Shown here: one piece after another, positions 8,489 through 18,403 of the stretch | How the letters are laid out: every line of letters starts with the position of its first letter | Numbering within the stretch: the first letter of the stretch is position 1 | Assembly: GCA_963669175.1 (NCBI GenBank) | Contig: OY769902.1 | Span: forward strand, 2,240,001-2,304,000 | From: a bacterium | GTDB lineage: Bacteria > Electryoneota > Electryoneia > Electryoneales > Electryoneaceae | Reading direction: 5' to 3' | DNA length: 64,000 bases | Notes under the pieces: generated by a model | What the model saw: the letters and a program-made list of their open reading frames with translations, nothing else | The model's database searches: none | Told to the model about the DNA's origin: nothing | Position numbers and translations under genes: made by a program

Positions 8489-9757
8489 CTATTGCTCTTT
8501 GAACACGTCATCAAAGAAATCGAATACTTCCTGGCTCATCAGGCTATGGTTTTCAAGCAGGCAGTGATTCGATGCGCCTTCTTTGGCCGGGGTAATGATC
8601 AGCTTATGGTTGGGGCATGCCAGCTTCTCCATGAACTCCGCCTGTTGCCACTGTACGTCCTTGCTGTTGTATTCGCCTTCGCCGACAATGGATAATGCCG
8701 GGACGTGGATTTGTGTGGGATCGAAGTCATAACCTTCGTTGGCAGCGACCAGTCCGGGGATGTTATTCATATCCACACCCCAACGCCAGGCGATGACCTT
8801 GACAGTATTCCGCTTGAATTCAGACCAGGACTCCATATCTTCCGGAGTGACATCCGCAACCGGCATGGATGCAAAAAGACGATGGGCATCAACCACCGCG
8901 CTATTCATGGCGATCGCTTTGATCCGTGAATCATGTTGCGCAGTGCGTGGAACAAACTCACCGCCGCCGGAGATGCCGAACATGGCCAGTTTATCCTTAT
9001 CAACTTCAGGTTTCTTAACGATGTAGTCAACCAGAAGACTCAAGGGGATCTGGACATCCTTCATGAATGGTTTTCCCAGCAGGGGCAGAATTCCCTGGCC
9101 GGGCAAATCGATAGTGGCGAAGTTATAACCACGTTCATGCGCCTGATCCGCGCTATAAAAAAAGAGGTCTTCAGCGAAAGTTTCCCCACCACCGATCATC
9201 AGCAGGGTTTTGCGTGGGGTATCATCATTGGCCGCTCTCCAGTAAACTCCCGGCAGAACGATACCTTCAAAAGGAAGTTCGAAATACTCGAGGGGCGGAT
9301 CCATCAGTTCACCTGCATCTAGCAACATTCTGCGGCTTTTGTCGGCGGTTTCCCTGAAACGGGGATCATCGGGCAACATTCCCACCAGGGCGGCACGGTA
9401 GTAATAGCTGGCGCGCAGGAACTGGTTCTTTGCGCTGATTTCATGTCCACCGGCCAGGGCTTTCTCGCCACGTTCCTGGACACGTTGCGCCATTTTTACC
9501 CATTCTGTATGCCAGCTTTCGGGATTTCCTTCTTCAATGTTCGAAGCAACAACAAAAGCTTCACCAATCTCGCATCCGTGGTTCCCGGTAGCGCCGACAA
9601 TCAGAGTGAACGCGAATTCCATCTCGTTGTCGTCAAAATGTAACCTGATATACGCTTCGTGAGCGTCAAACTCTTCATTTTCACCTGCTACCGCACATGA
9701 AAACAGTACCATCAGAGTCATCGAAATAATGAGAAATCGGCTCCCTTTTCCGAACAT
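8489..9757 (-). CDS. Secreted alpha/beta hydrolase (FrsA / prolyl oligopeptidase-like esterase family)
   Basis: GISGGG nucleophile elbow, RASYYYRAA, C-terminal NHC; RBS gaggag before ATG 9757. Confidence 0.82.
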   Translation of the reverse strand: MFGKGSRFLIISMTLMVLFSCAVAGENEEFDAHEAYIRLHFDDNEMEFAFTLIVGATGNHGCEIGEAFVVASNIEEGNPESWHTEWVKMAQRVQERGEKALAGGHEISAKNQFLRASYYYRAALVGMLPDDPRFRETADKSRRMLLDAGELMDPPLEYFELPFEGIVLPGVYWRAANDDTPRKTLLMIGGGETFAEDLFFYSADQAHERGYNFATIDLPGQGILPLLGKPFMKDVQIPLSLLVDYIVKKPEVDKDKLAMFGISGGGEFVPRTAQHDSRIKAIAMNSAVVDAHRLFASMPVADVTPEDMESWSEFKRNTVKVIAWRWGVDMNNIPGLVAANEGYDFDPTQIHVPALSIVGEGEYNSKDVQWQQAEFMEKLACPNHKLIITPAKEGASNHCLLENHSLMSQEVFDFFDDVFKEQ

Positions 9758-9783
9758 ACCTTTTCTCCTCTTTTTACATCGTG

Positions 9784-10464
9784 TCACTTTCCAGTCTTCC
9801 CTGCGAACACAATTCCCACCCCCAGTCTCAGATGCAGGCCGGAATAATCCAGGGTGTAGTTTTCAACGCTGTTGCCGTCAATAGTGATGTCCCCGGTTTC
9901 TGCCTTACGATAGCCAAGTATTCCAAAGAAACGGATATTGTCCGACATTTGTAGTTCCGCGCCGCCCATGATACGGAATCCGATACAACTGGCATTGATA
10001 TCGCCTGTCCCGGCCATGTAGCCGGTTTCCTCGAATTCCACTTCTCCGACGGACGTGTATTGTCCGATACCACCGCCGATCAGCAGTGAAACATTGCCAG
10101 CGATAGGGGAACGGACAAAAGTTTGAAACTCGATCAGGTTGGCTTTAACATCAAAATCAATGATGAAGGAATTATCCGAGTAGCTGCTGCTTCCGTTCAA
10201 ACGCTCATAATTGACACAGAATAACAGCCTGTCCTTGTTGGTATACAGGATGGCCATGATACCGGGACCACTTCCGGAGGTGATATTATCCATGTCAATC
10301 CCCTGCCGGTTCATGCCATCGATATCATCATTTATATCACTCATCTTGTACTGATTAATGGAAAATGTCCCCATAATACCAAGTTTGGTATCCTGAGCGG
10401 CAACAGTCTGCGAAATGGAGAACAAGGTGAGAACAACAATAACAAACTTGGCAAAAAGACGCAT
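9784..10464 (-). CDS. Outer-membrane beta-barrel protein
   Basis: Signal peptide, alternating beta-strands, LDYSGLHLRLGVGIVF near the C-terminus. Confidence 0.72.
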   Translation of the reverse strand: MRLFAKFVIVVLTLFSISQTVAAQDTKLGIMGTFSINQYKMSDINDDIDGMNRQGIDMDNITSGSGPGIMAILYTNKDRLLFCVNYERLNGSSSYSDNSFIIDFDVKANLIEFQTFVRSPIAGNVSLLIGGGIGQYTSVGEVEFEETGYMAGTGDINASCIGFRIMGGAELQMSDNIRFFGILGYRKAETGDITIDGNSVENYTLDYSGLHLRLGVGIVFAGKTGK

Positions 10465-10657
10465 GGCACTTTCCCCTGAAGCTTGCGCTATTTTCTTTTG
10501 TATCTCTGGTCGTGAGTGCGATGGCAAGTACCCCTGGATTAACCAGCCAAGGGGCAATTGCATATTATAACTGTCACACTTTACAGATACAAGCAAAACG
10601 ATGTATCATTACGTTCATGGAATCGGTAGCCGCAGTTCGCATGAACAGGAGGGGAGC

Positions 10658-11500
10658 ATGAAGCGAATTCTGGTGGCAGGCGCTACAGGATATCTTGGCC
10701 GGTATGTGGTAAAGGAGCTGAAGCAGCGTGGTTACTGGGTGCGTGCGTTGGCGCGGCCAGGGAAGATAGTCGAAGGCGCTGACGAGGTGTTTCATGCCAA
10801 CGCTACCAATTACACTGAATTGAAAGGAATTTGCGACTCTATCGACGGAGTGTTTTCCAGTCTCGGTATCACACACCAGAAGGATAATGTCACTTACATG
10901 GACGTCGATTATGGCGTCAACAGCCATCTCTTACAGGAAGCACAGGTCAGCGGATCAGTGCAACGCTTTCTTTTTGTGACCGCCGCACGTCCTGAATTGT
11001 TTCCCGGCAATGCGATCCTGGAAGCGCGTGAAAAGTTCATCTCTGAACTCAGGGCATCTTCGATTTCAGGCTGTGTGGTACGTGGCACCGGCTTCTTCAG
11101 CGACATGAATGAGTTTCTGAAAATGGCGCAGAAGGGACGTGTTTACCTGTTCGGCAATGGCGAGAACAAAATGAATCCGGTTCATGGCGCAGACCTGGCG
11201 CAAGCGTGTGTGGATCAGTTTGAGCAGGATGATCTAGAGATCGTTGTTGGCGGGCCGGATATTCTGACCTATAACCAGATCGCTGATATCGCGTTTCGTG
11301 TCGTTGAGAAACCGGTCAAGGTGACACATATTTCAACAGGCTTCATGAACATGATCATTGCCCTGGTGAAGCCGTTCAGCAAACGCATGTATACCGAACT
11401 TTCGTTTATGACCACGGCAACCAGCAACGAGATTCTCGGGGATTGCATCGGGACGCATACGCTGGAAGAACACTATCGGGACGAGAACAGCAAATTATAG
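10658..11500 (+). CDS. Atypical SDR / NAD(P)-binding oxidoreductase
   Basis: ILVAGATGYLG Rossmann motif, VDYG, NPVHGADLA; RBS ggagg. Confidence 0.88.
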   Translation: MKRILVAGATGYLGRYVVKELKQRGYWVRALARPGKIVEGADEVFHANATNYTELKGICDSIDGVFSSLGITHQKDNVTYMDVDYGVNSHLLQEAQVSGSVQRFLFVTAARPELFPGNAILEAREKFISELRASSISGCVVRGTGFFSDMNEFLKMAQKGRVYLFGNGENKMNPVHGADLAQACVDQFEQDDLEIVVGGPDILTYNQIADIAFRVVEKPVKVTHISTGFMNMIIALVKPFSKRMYTELSFMTTATSNEILGDCIGTHTLEEHYRDENSKL

Positions 11501-11572
11501 GTAGGAAATCGTTGTTCACTGAATGGTTTTGAGTATATTGCTCGCATTCTTCAAGAACAGAAAGGGAATGCC

Positions 11573-12643
11573 TTGGCAGGATGGCGCAAACAGGTATCGT
11601 TGTATTGGACGGCTTCTCGTGCTGCACGCGATCGTGGTGACGGGATAAACAGCGATCGGGTTGTCTTTGTACAACTTACACCCCTTGGTGATGCTGCGAC
11701 TCTTGCCCCGGTATGCCGAACCCTGGTGGCTTCAGGGACGTCTGTGGATATTGTCTGCAAGGGGGATCTGGGTGACCTGTGGCATGAGGCGTTACCCAAT
11801 GCACGTGTTATTCCGCTCCCCGGTTCAACCTGGGATCCCAAGACTATCCATCAATGGCTGGAACCCTTAACACAGGTGGGGCATGATACCGTCTTCGTTA
11901 CCTCCATGCTTTCCCAGGCGGCGTTTCTGGCCAGCCTGATCCCGGCAAAGTTTCGTTTCGGCATGATGGAGCAGGGTAGACGGTGGGATGGGAGTCGGCT
12001 CCTGGACGATAGAGTCAATGTTGCACGTGACGAGCATGTACTGAGCCGTTTTAATCGGCTGATTCAGTTACGTTTTCCGGAATTTGTCGTCGGGGAGAAC
12101 GACGGACGTATTCCAGCTTCATCCGATGTACCACGAGCCGACTCGGGCAACGCCCCGATTCTGCTGCATCCGGGCGGGAAGTGGAAGCCACGTCGTTGGC
12201 CGCCGGAACGATTTCTCGAACTTGCGCGCGAGCTGTACCAGGCTGCCGGCAAACAGGTTGAGGTCGCTGTTCATGTCAGTGAAACCGATTTGCTGGATTT
12301 TTTCGGTCCGCATGAGGATGGGAACAGGTTGAAAATCGCACGTTTACAGAATCTCACTGATTTGCTGAATGCTGTCAAACGCTGTTCACTGTTGATTGGA
12401 AACGATTCCGGTCCGGCGCACCTGGCGAACTTGTACGGTAAACCAATTGTCGTGCTGTGGGGACCGGGCAATGAGAAGCGGATTCGCCCCCTGGGGGATA
12501 AGGTTGCCGTACTGATTCATCCTATCGAGTGCCGCCCTTGCCGACAGTATAAAAACGATGAAGTGTGCAGCCGTGGAGTAAACGAATGCCTGCAACAGAT
12601 CACGGTAAAAGAAGTGTTGTCTGCGGCCAGTAACATTTTATAA
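11573..12643 (+). CDS. Glycosyltransferase family 9 (heptosyltransferase-like)
   Basis: LGDA, LHPGG...RRWP, IGNDSGPAHLA and CRPC motifs. Confidence 0.9.
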   Translation: MAGWRKQVSLYWTASRAARDRGDGINSDRVVFVQLTPLGDAATLAPVCRTLVASGTSVDIVCKGDLGDLWHEALPNARVIPLPGSTWDPKTIHQWLEPLTQVGHDTVFVTSMLSQAAFLASLIPAKFRFGMMEQGRRWDGSRLLDDRVNVARDEHVLSRFNRLIQLRFPEFVVGENDGRIPASSDVPRADSGNAPILLHPGGKWKPRRWPPERFLELARELYQAAGKQVEVAVHVSETDLLDFFGPHEDGNRLKIARLQNLTDLLNAVKRCSLLIGNDSGPAHLANLYGKPIVVLWGPGNEKRIRPLGDKVAVLIHPIECRPCRQYKNDEVCSRGVNECLQQITVKEVLSAASNIL

Positions 12644-12688
12644 ACCAACTCTTCATCTGAATAAAATTCCAGCTTTCCAGACATGTTG

Positions 12689-13219
12689 AAACTAGCGAAA
12701 CTAGTTTTCCTAGTTTTAGACGGTAGTTTCCGCCAACATGAAGTAATACGGCAATGATGCCGAACGATCTCTCCGAGTTAGTTTTTTCCTCGATAAACTA
12801 TCCTTGCGCTACCACGTCCGATACACAGCAAGGGTTCTTCTTCTTGGGGACAGAAAACTAGAGAAAACTAGGGACAGAAAACTAGGGACAGACAAAAACT
12901 AGGGACAGACGGTAGTTATTACATCAATAAACGCTGTTAATACAATAGACTAAGAAATAGTAAACTACCGTCTGTCCCTAGTTTACACCTAGTTTAGTCC
13001 CATGAGCCAGTCGGAGTCGGATTCTGAAGGAGAAGACAGCTCCAGCCTAACAGAAGACGCGAACGGAAATGGTATTCCTGACGTCCTCGAGGCGGAGGAT
13101 ATCTGATCACGTCAATACGCTCGGAGTACCATTGAACCGGAAACGTTCGACTGCAAGCGTTTCCGGTTTTCTCTGTTTAATATCAATCGTTGAGAAATCA
13201 AGGACAGACGGTAGTTTCT
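12689..13219. repeat. Cluster of stuttered AAACTAG-GGACAGACGGTAGTT repeats including an inverted pair
   Basis: Progressively longer copies at 12847-12917, inverted copy at about 12963-12984, extra copies near 12716 and 13201. Confidence 0.75.
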
Positions 13220-13413
13220 CCAGCATCTCGACACATATATCCCGACCCGCTCGAAAGTGTGGTTGAGATGTATACTTTTGTGTGAGTATTCCTTCATCAA
13301 CGTGAATGCAAGATGAGTCACGTGCGCGTCGGGCCACCCGGATAGCTATTTTGAATAAAAACGGGGCGCAAATGCGCCCCGCGAGAATTCAAAACTAACT
13401 ATCGCAACAAAAC

Positions 13414-14340
13414 CTACTGACCATCCTCATCCGGACGCATTTCATCAGCCGTGTTCATGGTCTGACGGAACATGCTCTCATACAACCTGAAGACAGTTGG
13501 TTTATCCGCGAAGCGCATGAAGTAGCGTTTCTTGTCCGCATCAATCAGGTAGAACCGGATGTTTTTCTGGGTTCCACCTTGCAGGGTAACTGTCACTTCA
13601 TGGTCCGGATTATTCCAGTTCACATCCGCGTATTCTTCTTCATCGGGGAAGTCGGAGGTGCGCAGGTTGGCGAGCTGGTTGTTCAGCTTGTTGACCTTTG
13701 CCAGGTCCGCATCGTACCCGTTGCCCCGCTTGTCCGTGACACGCCAGGTAGCGCCGTCCGGTTGAAGCTCCAGGGTCATGTTCGGGGTTGCGACCTTGAT
13801 GATTTCCGTGGCTTCATAGTCGGCGACCTTCTTCTGACGCCAGTCTTTCGGCAGACGTTTCAACGCTGTACCATAGACGCCACGGATCAGGAAAACGGTA
13901 TCTTCGCCAGCCAGGCGGGCATAAGACTGACGATAGCCCGTAGCGGATTTGCCAACGAAGAACGTGTATTCCTGACCGTTCTGGACAATCGTAACCCGCG
14001 ACGCCTGGGCATCCGTCAGCTCGTACTCGCCCCAACTGTTCTTGTTGTCGGTGACTTCGGTTTCGATCCGTAAATCGTCCAGTTTGCCCAGCAGGGTAAC
14101 GACCAGGCCGTCGTTTGCCTTGAAATCGAATGGATTCACGACTTGCCAGCCGTTGCTACGACGCTCCATCGTCGTGGTATGTCCATCGTAATACAGCGAG
14201 ATGGATGTCACCTTGGATGTATCAACAGCTACGAGGTCTTTGAATTCTGCTGTCGGTGTTCCGCCAAGTTGCAGGAGCAGGTAAATCCCCAGCAGCGCAA
14301 TGGCAATCACCGCGAGAATGGTGAGCTGCTTTGGATTCAT
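13414..14340 (-). CDS. DUF4340-type protein associated with Gld-like ABC system
   Basis: N-terminal TM anchor, duplicated beta-rich domain, YARLAGEDTVF, position after the GldG-like gene. Confidence 0.75.
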   Translation of the reverse strand: MNPKQLTILAVIAIALLGIYLLLQLGGTPTAEFKDLVAVDTSKVTSISLYYDGHTTTMERRSNGWQVVNPFDFKANDGLVVTLLGKLDDLRIETEVTDNKNSWGEYELTDAQASRVTIVQNGQEYTFFVGKSATGYRQSYARLAGEDTVFLIRGVYGTALKRLPKDWRQKKVADYEATEIIKVATPNMTLELQPDGATWRVTDKRGNGYDADLAKVNKLNNQLANLRTSDFPDEEEYADVNWNNPDHEVTVTLQGGTQKNIRFYLIDADKKRYFMRFADKPTVFRLYESMFRQTMNTADEMRPDEDGQ

Positions 14341-14342
14341 GA

Positions 14343-15920
14343 TCAACCCTCCCTCTTGCGTGTGTTGCGACGGATCTGCCAATATACCAGCCCGAGCAGG
14401 ATCACCAGGATCGGCGGCAGGAACCAGTTGAACAGCTTCCAGACCTGCATCTGCGTCGGGGACTGCTCTTTCAGTGGCCGCATCAGGACTTCACGGCTGC
14501 GCAGTTCGATCAGGCCGGTGTCGTTGGCCAGCCAGTCAACCACGTTCATCAGCAGGTTGATATTGGCTGCGTTGGGACGATATTCATCCATCAGGAAACG
14601 TCCGTCACCCATGGCGAACATCCGGGTATCATCGGGTGATTCCATGGCAAGCCTGTCCATCGCAATGACGGGTTCGCCATTATCATCAACCGGGATTTCC
14701 TTCCCTGCGTAAAAGCTGGTGAACTTGCCTTCCAGAGCCACACCCAGCGGTACAAACGCGCGGTCAAATTCAGCGCCGTCACGGCTGTACTGACGACGAA
14801 CCGAAATGTTGAAACGGGGGCCCATTTCCACAAAACTCTTCGCGCCGGACTTGAACAGCACTGATCGTTCAACACCCGGAATCGTGATGGATGTGTCCAC
14901 TGAAGAGGGGAAGAGCAGGCTGATGACTTCCAGATCCTTTGTAATCGGATGTTTCTTGTTGAATGTGGTCACCATGGGCAGGAAGGGATACTTGACTGCC
15001 TGCTGGAAGAACATCCGGGTCGGAACCATGACCTGGCCGCACTGGGCGTCCGCGACAACATCCTCGTTGATGCGGAAGCCGTAATGCTCGGTCATCGGGT
15101 CCATCATCAGCGGCAGGCGTTGCGCTTGCATCTGCTGCATTTCGACATGAGTTTTACTGCCCATCCAGCCGAGACCGCCGCCGCCCATGATAAACTGGTC
15201 AACCTTGACCTTGTCGGCATCGCTCAACGCAGCCTGCGGTTCAACGATCAACAAGACATCAACATCGGCCGGAACCATATCCTCTGCTGAAAGGTCAACA
15301 GTGGTGATCTGGTAGTTGTCCTGCAAGATGTTGGACGCCATGGTCATCTTTTCAAACGGGCTGGGCTCGCCATGTCCGGTCAGGAAGCCGATCTTCTTCG
15401 ATTGCTGGCTGGATATGCGCTTAATGATGGAGGTGATGTTGTATTCCAGACCGGCCGTGCTCTGGACAGCGGGAATGGTTTCCTGCTTGTCGCCATACAG
15501 GAACGACATGCCGAAATACACCATCATCTGTTCACGTTTGTCTTTCGACCAGACCTCAACCGGGAAAGCCGCGATCTGGTAATCGGCTGCTTCCTTTTCG
15601 AGGTCTTTATCGTTGCCCGGGTCAATAAACTCGTAGTGGAAATTGCCGCCGCCATAACGACGGTAGTTGGCGAGCAGGTCGCCCAGGAAACGCTCGATAT
15701 CCTTCAATTGCGCCGGCATATCCTTTGACGCGAAAACTTTCACCGTCAGCCGGTTTTCCAGGTTCTGGACAACATCCTTGGAGGCTGTTGACAGTGAAAA
15801 GAGCTTCTCTTCGGTCAGGTCAACACGGAAGAAAAGCGAGTTGGCAACGAGGTTCACCAGAACCACAATCACCACAATCAACAGGATGCCGACCAGCGAG
15901 TACAGGTTTTTCTGTTTCAT
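14343..15920 (-). CDS. GldG-family ABC transporter auxiliary component
   Basis: RVDLTEEKLFSLS, LEYNITS, GFLTGHGE, NVVDWL motifs, C-terminal TM. Confidence 0.88.
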   Translation of the reverse strand: MKQKNLYSLVGILLIVVIVVLVNLVANSLFFRVDLTEEKLFSLSTASKDVVQNLENRLTVKVFASKDMPAQLKDIERFLGDLLANYRRYGGGNFHYEFIDPGNDKDLEKEAADYQIAAFPVEVWSKDKREQMMVYFGMSFLYGDKQETIPAVQSTAGLEYNITSIIKRISSQQSKKIGFLTGHGEPSPFEKMTMASNILQDNYQITTVDLSAEDMVPADVDVLLIVEPQAALSDADKVKVDQFIMGGGGLGWMGSKTHVEMQQMQAQRLPLMMDPMTEHYGFRINEDVVADAQCGQVMVPTRMFFQQAVKYPFLPMVTTFNKKHPITKDLEVISLLFPSSVDTSITIPGVERSVLFKSGAKSFVEMGPRFNISVRRQYSRDGAEFDRAFVPLGVALEGKFTSFYAGKEIPVDDNGEPVIAMDRLAMESPDDTRMFAMGDGRFLMDEYRPNAANINLLMNVVDWLANDTGLIELRSREVLMRPLKEQSPTQMQVWKLFNWFLPPILVILLGLVYWQIRRNTRKREG

Positions 15921-15930
15921 CTCGACACCC

Positions 15931-16671
15931 TCACAAGAATCTGCGTTTGGCAAAAGCGATCGATGCCAGGTACAGCATCAACACGATGATAGACAGGAAA
16001 TACAGAATATCCCGCAGGTCGATCACGCCGATTGCCATGTTGTTGAAATGATAGGTCGTGCTGATGTACTGCACCGCATCGGTGAACCAGGATGGCGGCA
16101 GCAGCGCCGATACCAGCGCCAGCAGCGAAAGCGCCGCACCCAGCAGAAACGCCAGGATGAACGCTACAATCTGGTTTTCACTGAGCGCGCTACCCAGTAC
16201 GCCAATAGCGATATACACCGCACCGACCAGGATCAGGGCGAAATAACCCGAGAACATCACGCCGAAATCAGCATTCCCAAGTACCAGCACGGTAAACGCG
16301 TAGATAAACGTGAAAAACAGACCGACGAGGTACAGGGTATAGGCGGACAGGTATTTGCCGACGATGATGTCCAGGTCATTGACCGGCATGGTCACCAGCA
16401 GTTCCATGGTGCCGCTTTTCCGTTCTTCCGCGACCAATCGCATGCAGATGGCTGGGGCAAAGATGGAAAGCAGGGGAACCAGGATGATGGACTGGCCACC
16501 GGTAAGTTCGAAGAAGTGTCGAATCGTAGCCATGTTCTCCTTGAACAGGATGAAGGTAAAGAACCATCCGGTTATCACCAGGAACACGGCCAGGGAGATG
16601 TAGGCTACCGGGCTTCCGAAATAGCTTTTCATCTCCTTCTTGTAGATCGCACCCACTGCGCTGAAGTTCAT
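15931..16671 (-). CDS. ABC-2 permease (GldF-like)
   Basis: KEMKSYFGSPVAY, MRLVAEERKSGTMELL, six TM helices. Confidence 0.9.
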   Translation of the reverse strand: MNFSAVGAIYKKEMKSYFGSPVAYISLAVFLVITGWFFTFILFKENMATIRHFFELTGGQSIILVPLLSIFAPAICMRLVAEERKSGTMELLVTMPVNDLDIIVGKYLSAYTLYLVGLFFTFIYAFTVLVLGNADFGVMFSGYFALILVGAVYIAIGVLGSALSENQIVAFILAFLLGAALSLLALVSALLPPSWFTDAVQYISTTYHFNNMAIGVIDLRDILYFLSIIVLMLYLASIAFAKRRFL

Positions 16672-17630
16672 GCTGCCACCTCCTCGCCCAGGGGCTGGTT
16701 GTCACGAGTCAACTGCTGGAAGATGGATTCGAGGCTCTGGATTTCGCGAGTCATCTCGAGCAGTGTCCAGTCTTTGTCCACACACAAACGGAACAGATCC
16801 TTGCGCGGGTCCATGTCACGTGATGCGATCAGCTTGACGCCGATGACATTACGTTCAGGATCAGCCAGTCTTTCCGCAGATTCTACTCCGGGAACGCCAC
16901 GGAACAGGTCGATGTCGTCGGAGCCTTCACCATAGACAGATATTCGTATCACACCCTGCCCCTGGAAACGATGCTGCAACTCGTCAGGGGTGCCGTTCGC
17001 GACGATCTTGCCTTCATTGATGATGACGACTCGGTCGCAGGTGGCTTGCACTTCGGACAAAATGTGGGTGGAAAGGATAACTGTTTTTTTACGGCCGATT
17101 GATTTGATCAGGCTGCGGATTTCCACGATCTGGTTCGGGTCGAGACCGATGGTGGGTTCGTCGAGGATCAGGATCTTGGGATCATGCAGCATGGCCTGTG
17201 TCAGGCCGACACGCTGCTTGTAACCCTTTGATAACTGACCGATGCTCTGCTTCATACGGTCGTTGATCCCGGTAATCTCGCCGATCTCACGGATGCGGTT
17301 CTTCCGTTGATCTTTCGGGATACCTCGCAGCTCGGCGATGAACATAAGGTACTCGCCGACTGACAAATCGTAATAAAGGGGGTTGGATTCGGGCAGGTAA
17401 CCGATCAGCTCACGTGTCTTCAAACTGTCGTTTACCACGTCCAACCCTTCCACCTTTACCCTCCCGGCAGTGGGTGGATAATACCCGGTCAGCACCTTCA
17501 TTGTGGTCGTCTTACCGGCGCCGTTCGGACCAAGGAAGCCCAGAATTTCACCGTCCGCCACTTCGAAAGTGATCCCGTCCACCGCAGGGAAGTCGCCGTA
17601 CAGCTTCCTTAGATTCTCAATCTGAATCAT
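16668..17630 (-). CDS. ABC transporter ATP-binding protein (GldA-like)
   Basis: GPNGAGKTT, LSKGYKQR and LILDEPT motifs. Confidence 0.93.
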   Translation of the reverse strand: MIQIENLRKLYGDFPAVDGITFEVADGEILGFLGPNGAGKTTTMKVLTGYYPPTAGRVKVEGLDVVNDSLKTRELIGYLPESNPLYYDLSVGEYLMFIAELRGIPKDQRKNRIREIGEITGINDRMKQSIGQLSKGYKQRVGLTQAMLHDPKILILDEPTIGLDPNQIVEIRSLIKSIGRKKTVILSTHILSEVQATCDRVVIINEGKIVANGTPDELQHRFQGQGVIRISVYGEGSDDIDLFRGVPGVESAERLADPERNVIGVKLIASRDMDPRKDLFRLCVDKDWTLLEMTREIQSLESIFQQLTRDNQPLGEEVAA

Positions 17631-17936
17631 CGGAGACTCCGTTCGCGTGTAGGTTAAGGGTTTACAGGACTAGCAGGCTGTATCACGTTACTTCATTCGA
17701 AACAGTCTACTGCAACTATATCGTTCTATACGAAACAAGACTGGCAGAGTTCCCCAATGCTCTGGAGAAACCATTGACAATGCCAGAGTTGACACCCTGA
17801 AAGTCCAGCTTGCGCCGAAGGTAGGGCACACACCTTGTGAACGCAAACGAATTGCAACCAAATGCAGGTAAATAATCGTATATTTCCAGCAAAACAACAT
17901 CGTTGACGATTCCCGTCATACCAAGAGTACATTGTT

Positions 17937-18212
17937 ATGCCACGTGCCCATTTTCTACGTACAGCGAAATACCTGAAACATGCTATCCAGCGGTTGGATA
18001 CTATCACTGCGACCAGCGACCTGCCGGATCTGCACCGACTGTCTGTGGATATTCAGACCACCCTTTCCGAGAACATCGTACACGAGAACCGGATGCTGTT
18101 CCTGGGGGCATTGCGTGTCCATCATGAAGAGGATATCGCAGAGTACGCTGTGGGACTAAGGGAACGACTGGTGGAACTGCAGGAGGAATACCTTGAGAAA
18201 GCAGGGAGGTAA
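17937..18212 (+). CDS. Hypothetical, possibly a hemerythrin-like fragment
   Basis: Helical ORF with a HENRMLF motif; no clear RBS. Confidence 0.3.
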   Translation: MPRAHFLRTAKYLKHAIQRLDTITATSDLPDLHRLSVDIQTTLSENIVHENRMLFLGALRVHHEEDIAEYAVGLRERLVELQEEYLEKAGR

Positions 18213-18403
18213 TTCTTTTCAGCTTGCATTTACAGGATGTAAAGGATGATAAGGGGGTATAATTGAATTGGCAAAAAACGGCACAGGTAGCAGGGGTATT
18301 ATAAAAAGGTGGATTACCTAGATTTATCAATATAGTCTCACGTTATCGTTGACATTCGAAATTTTATTTCTGCATTTTGTATTATGGATTCGGGGGTAAT
18401 CCC

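Noticed and set aside
13107-13337. Second RAYT remnant (ORF starting MARRAR)
   Set aside because: No HUH or other Y1 motifs; only a half-REP-like gtggcccgac at its start.
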